Assembly (NCBI GenBank): GCA_010093995.1
Contig: ML992501.1
Span: forward strand, 3,244,489 to 3,306,712
Length of the DNA: 62,224 nucleotides
From: Elsinoe ampelina
Taxonomy: Eukaryota
Direction: 5' to 3'
In this document: positions 62,131-62,224 of the stretch, piece after piece
Layout of the letters: each line of letters opens with the position of its first letter
How positions within the stretch are numbered: the stretch's first letter is position 1
Position numbers and translations under genes: made by a program
The notes under the pieces: generated by a model
Told to the model about the DNA's origin: nothing
The model's input: the letters and a program-made list of their open reading frames with translations, nothing else
Database searches by the model: none

Positions 62131-62224
62131 TTAGGGTTAGGGTTAGGGTTAGGGTTAGGGTTAGGGTTAGGGTTAGGGTTAGGGTTAGGGTTAGGGTTAG
62201 GGTTAGGGTTAGGGTTAGGGTTAG
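62131..62224 (+). repeat. Telomere (TTAGGG)n
   Basis: 15 perfect TTAGGG units plus TTAG to the end of the sequence. Confidence 0.99.

Noticed and set aside
1..62224. tRNA, 5S rRNA or snoRNA genes
   Set aside because: None recognised by eye; tRNAscan-SE and Infernal are needed to exclude them.

Overview
Right-hand end of a filamentous ascomycete chromosome (Pezizomycotina; Dothideomycete-like is inference only), ending in a (TTAGGG)n telomere at 62131-62224. There are three zones. (1) ~430-9990: an AT-rich RIP-mutated block that resolves into a four-level transposon nest (163-bp TA-targeting MITE > PIF/Harbinger element > 6.2-kb hAT element > hAT-type foldback MITE), each level with TIRs and a TSD. 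(2) ~10.2-49.6 kb: a compact island of 17 intact genes (bromodomain protein, OYE, UVDE, FAD monooxygenase, GH43, PRISE/SirQ-like reductase, class II hydrophobin, S8 protease, PTH11-like receptor, NDUFB8, Pof3/Dia2, CTNNBL1, PPIL4, Zn2Cys6 factor, quinone oxidoreductase, Dsk2, one hypothetical) plus P450, F-box and TRI101-like pseudogenes. (3) ~50-62 kb: a RIP-mutated subtelomere with a ~5.4-kb single-frame telomere-linked RecQ helicase pseudogene, bordered by a small secreted-protein pseudogene. Read allowing for RIP transitions, the helicase gene has an N-terminal DUF3505-like Zn finger, then a tyrosine-recombinase-like signature (RxxE...YHK...R...GH-x8-Y), then the helicase. This suggests a telomere-integrating recombinase-helicase element and is the best candidate for an undescribed system. 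All de-RIP readings are manual and need HMM or structure confirmation.
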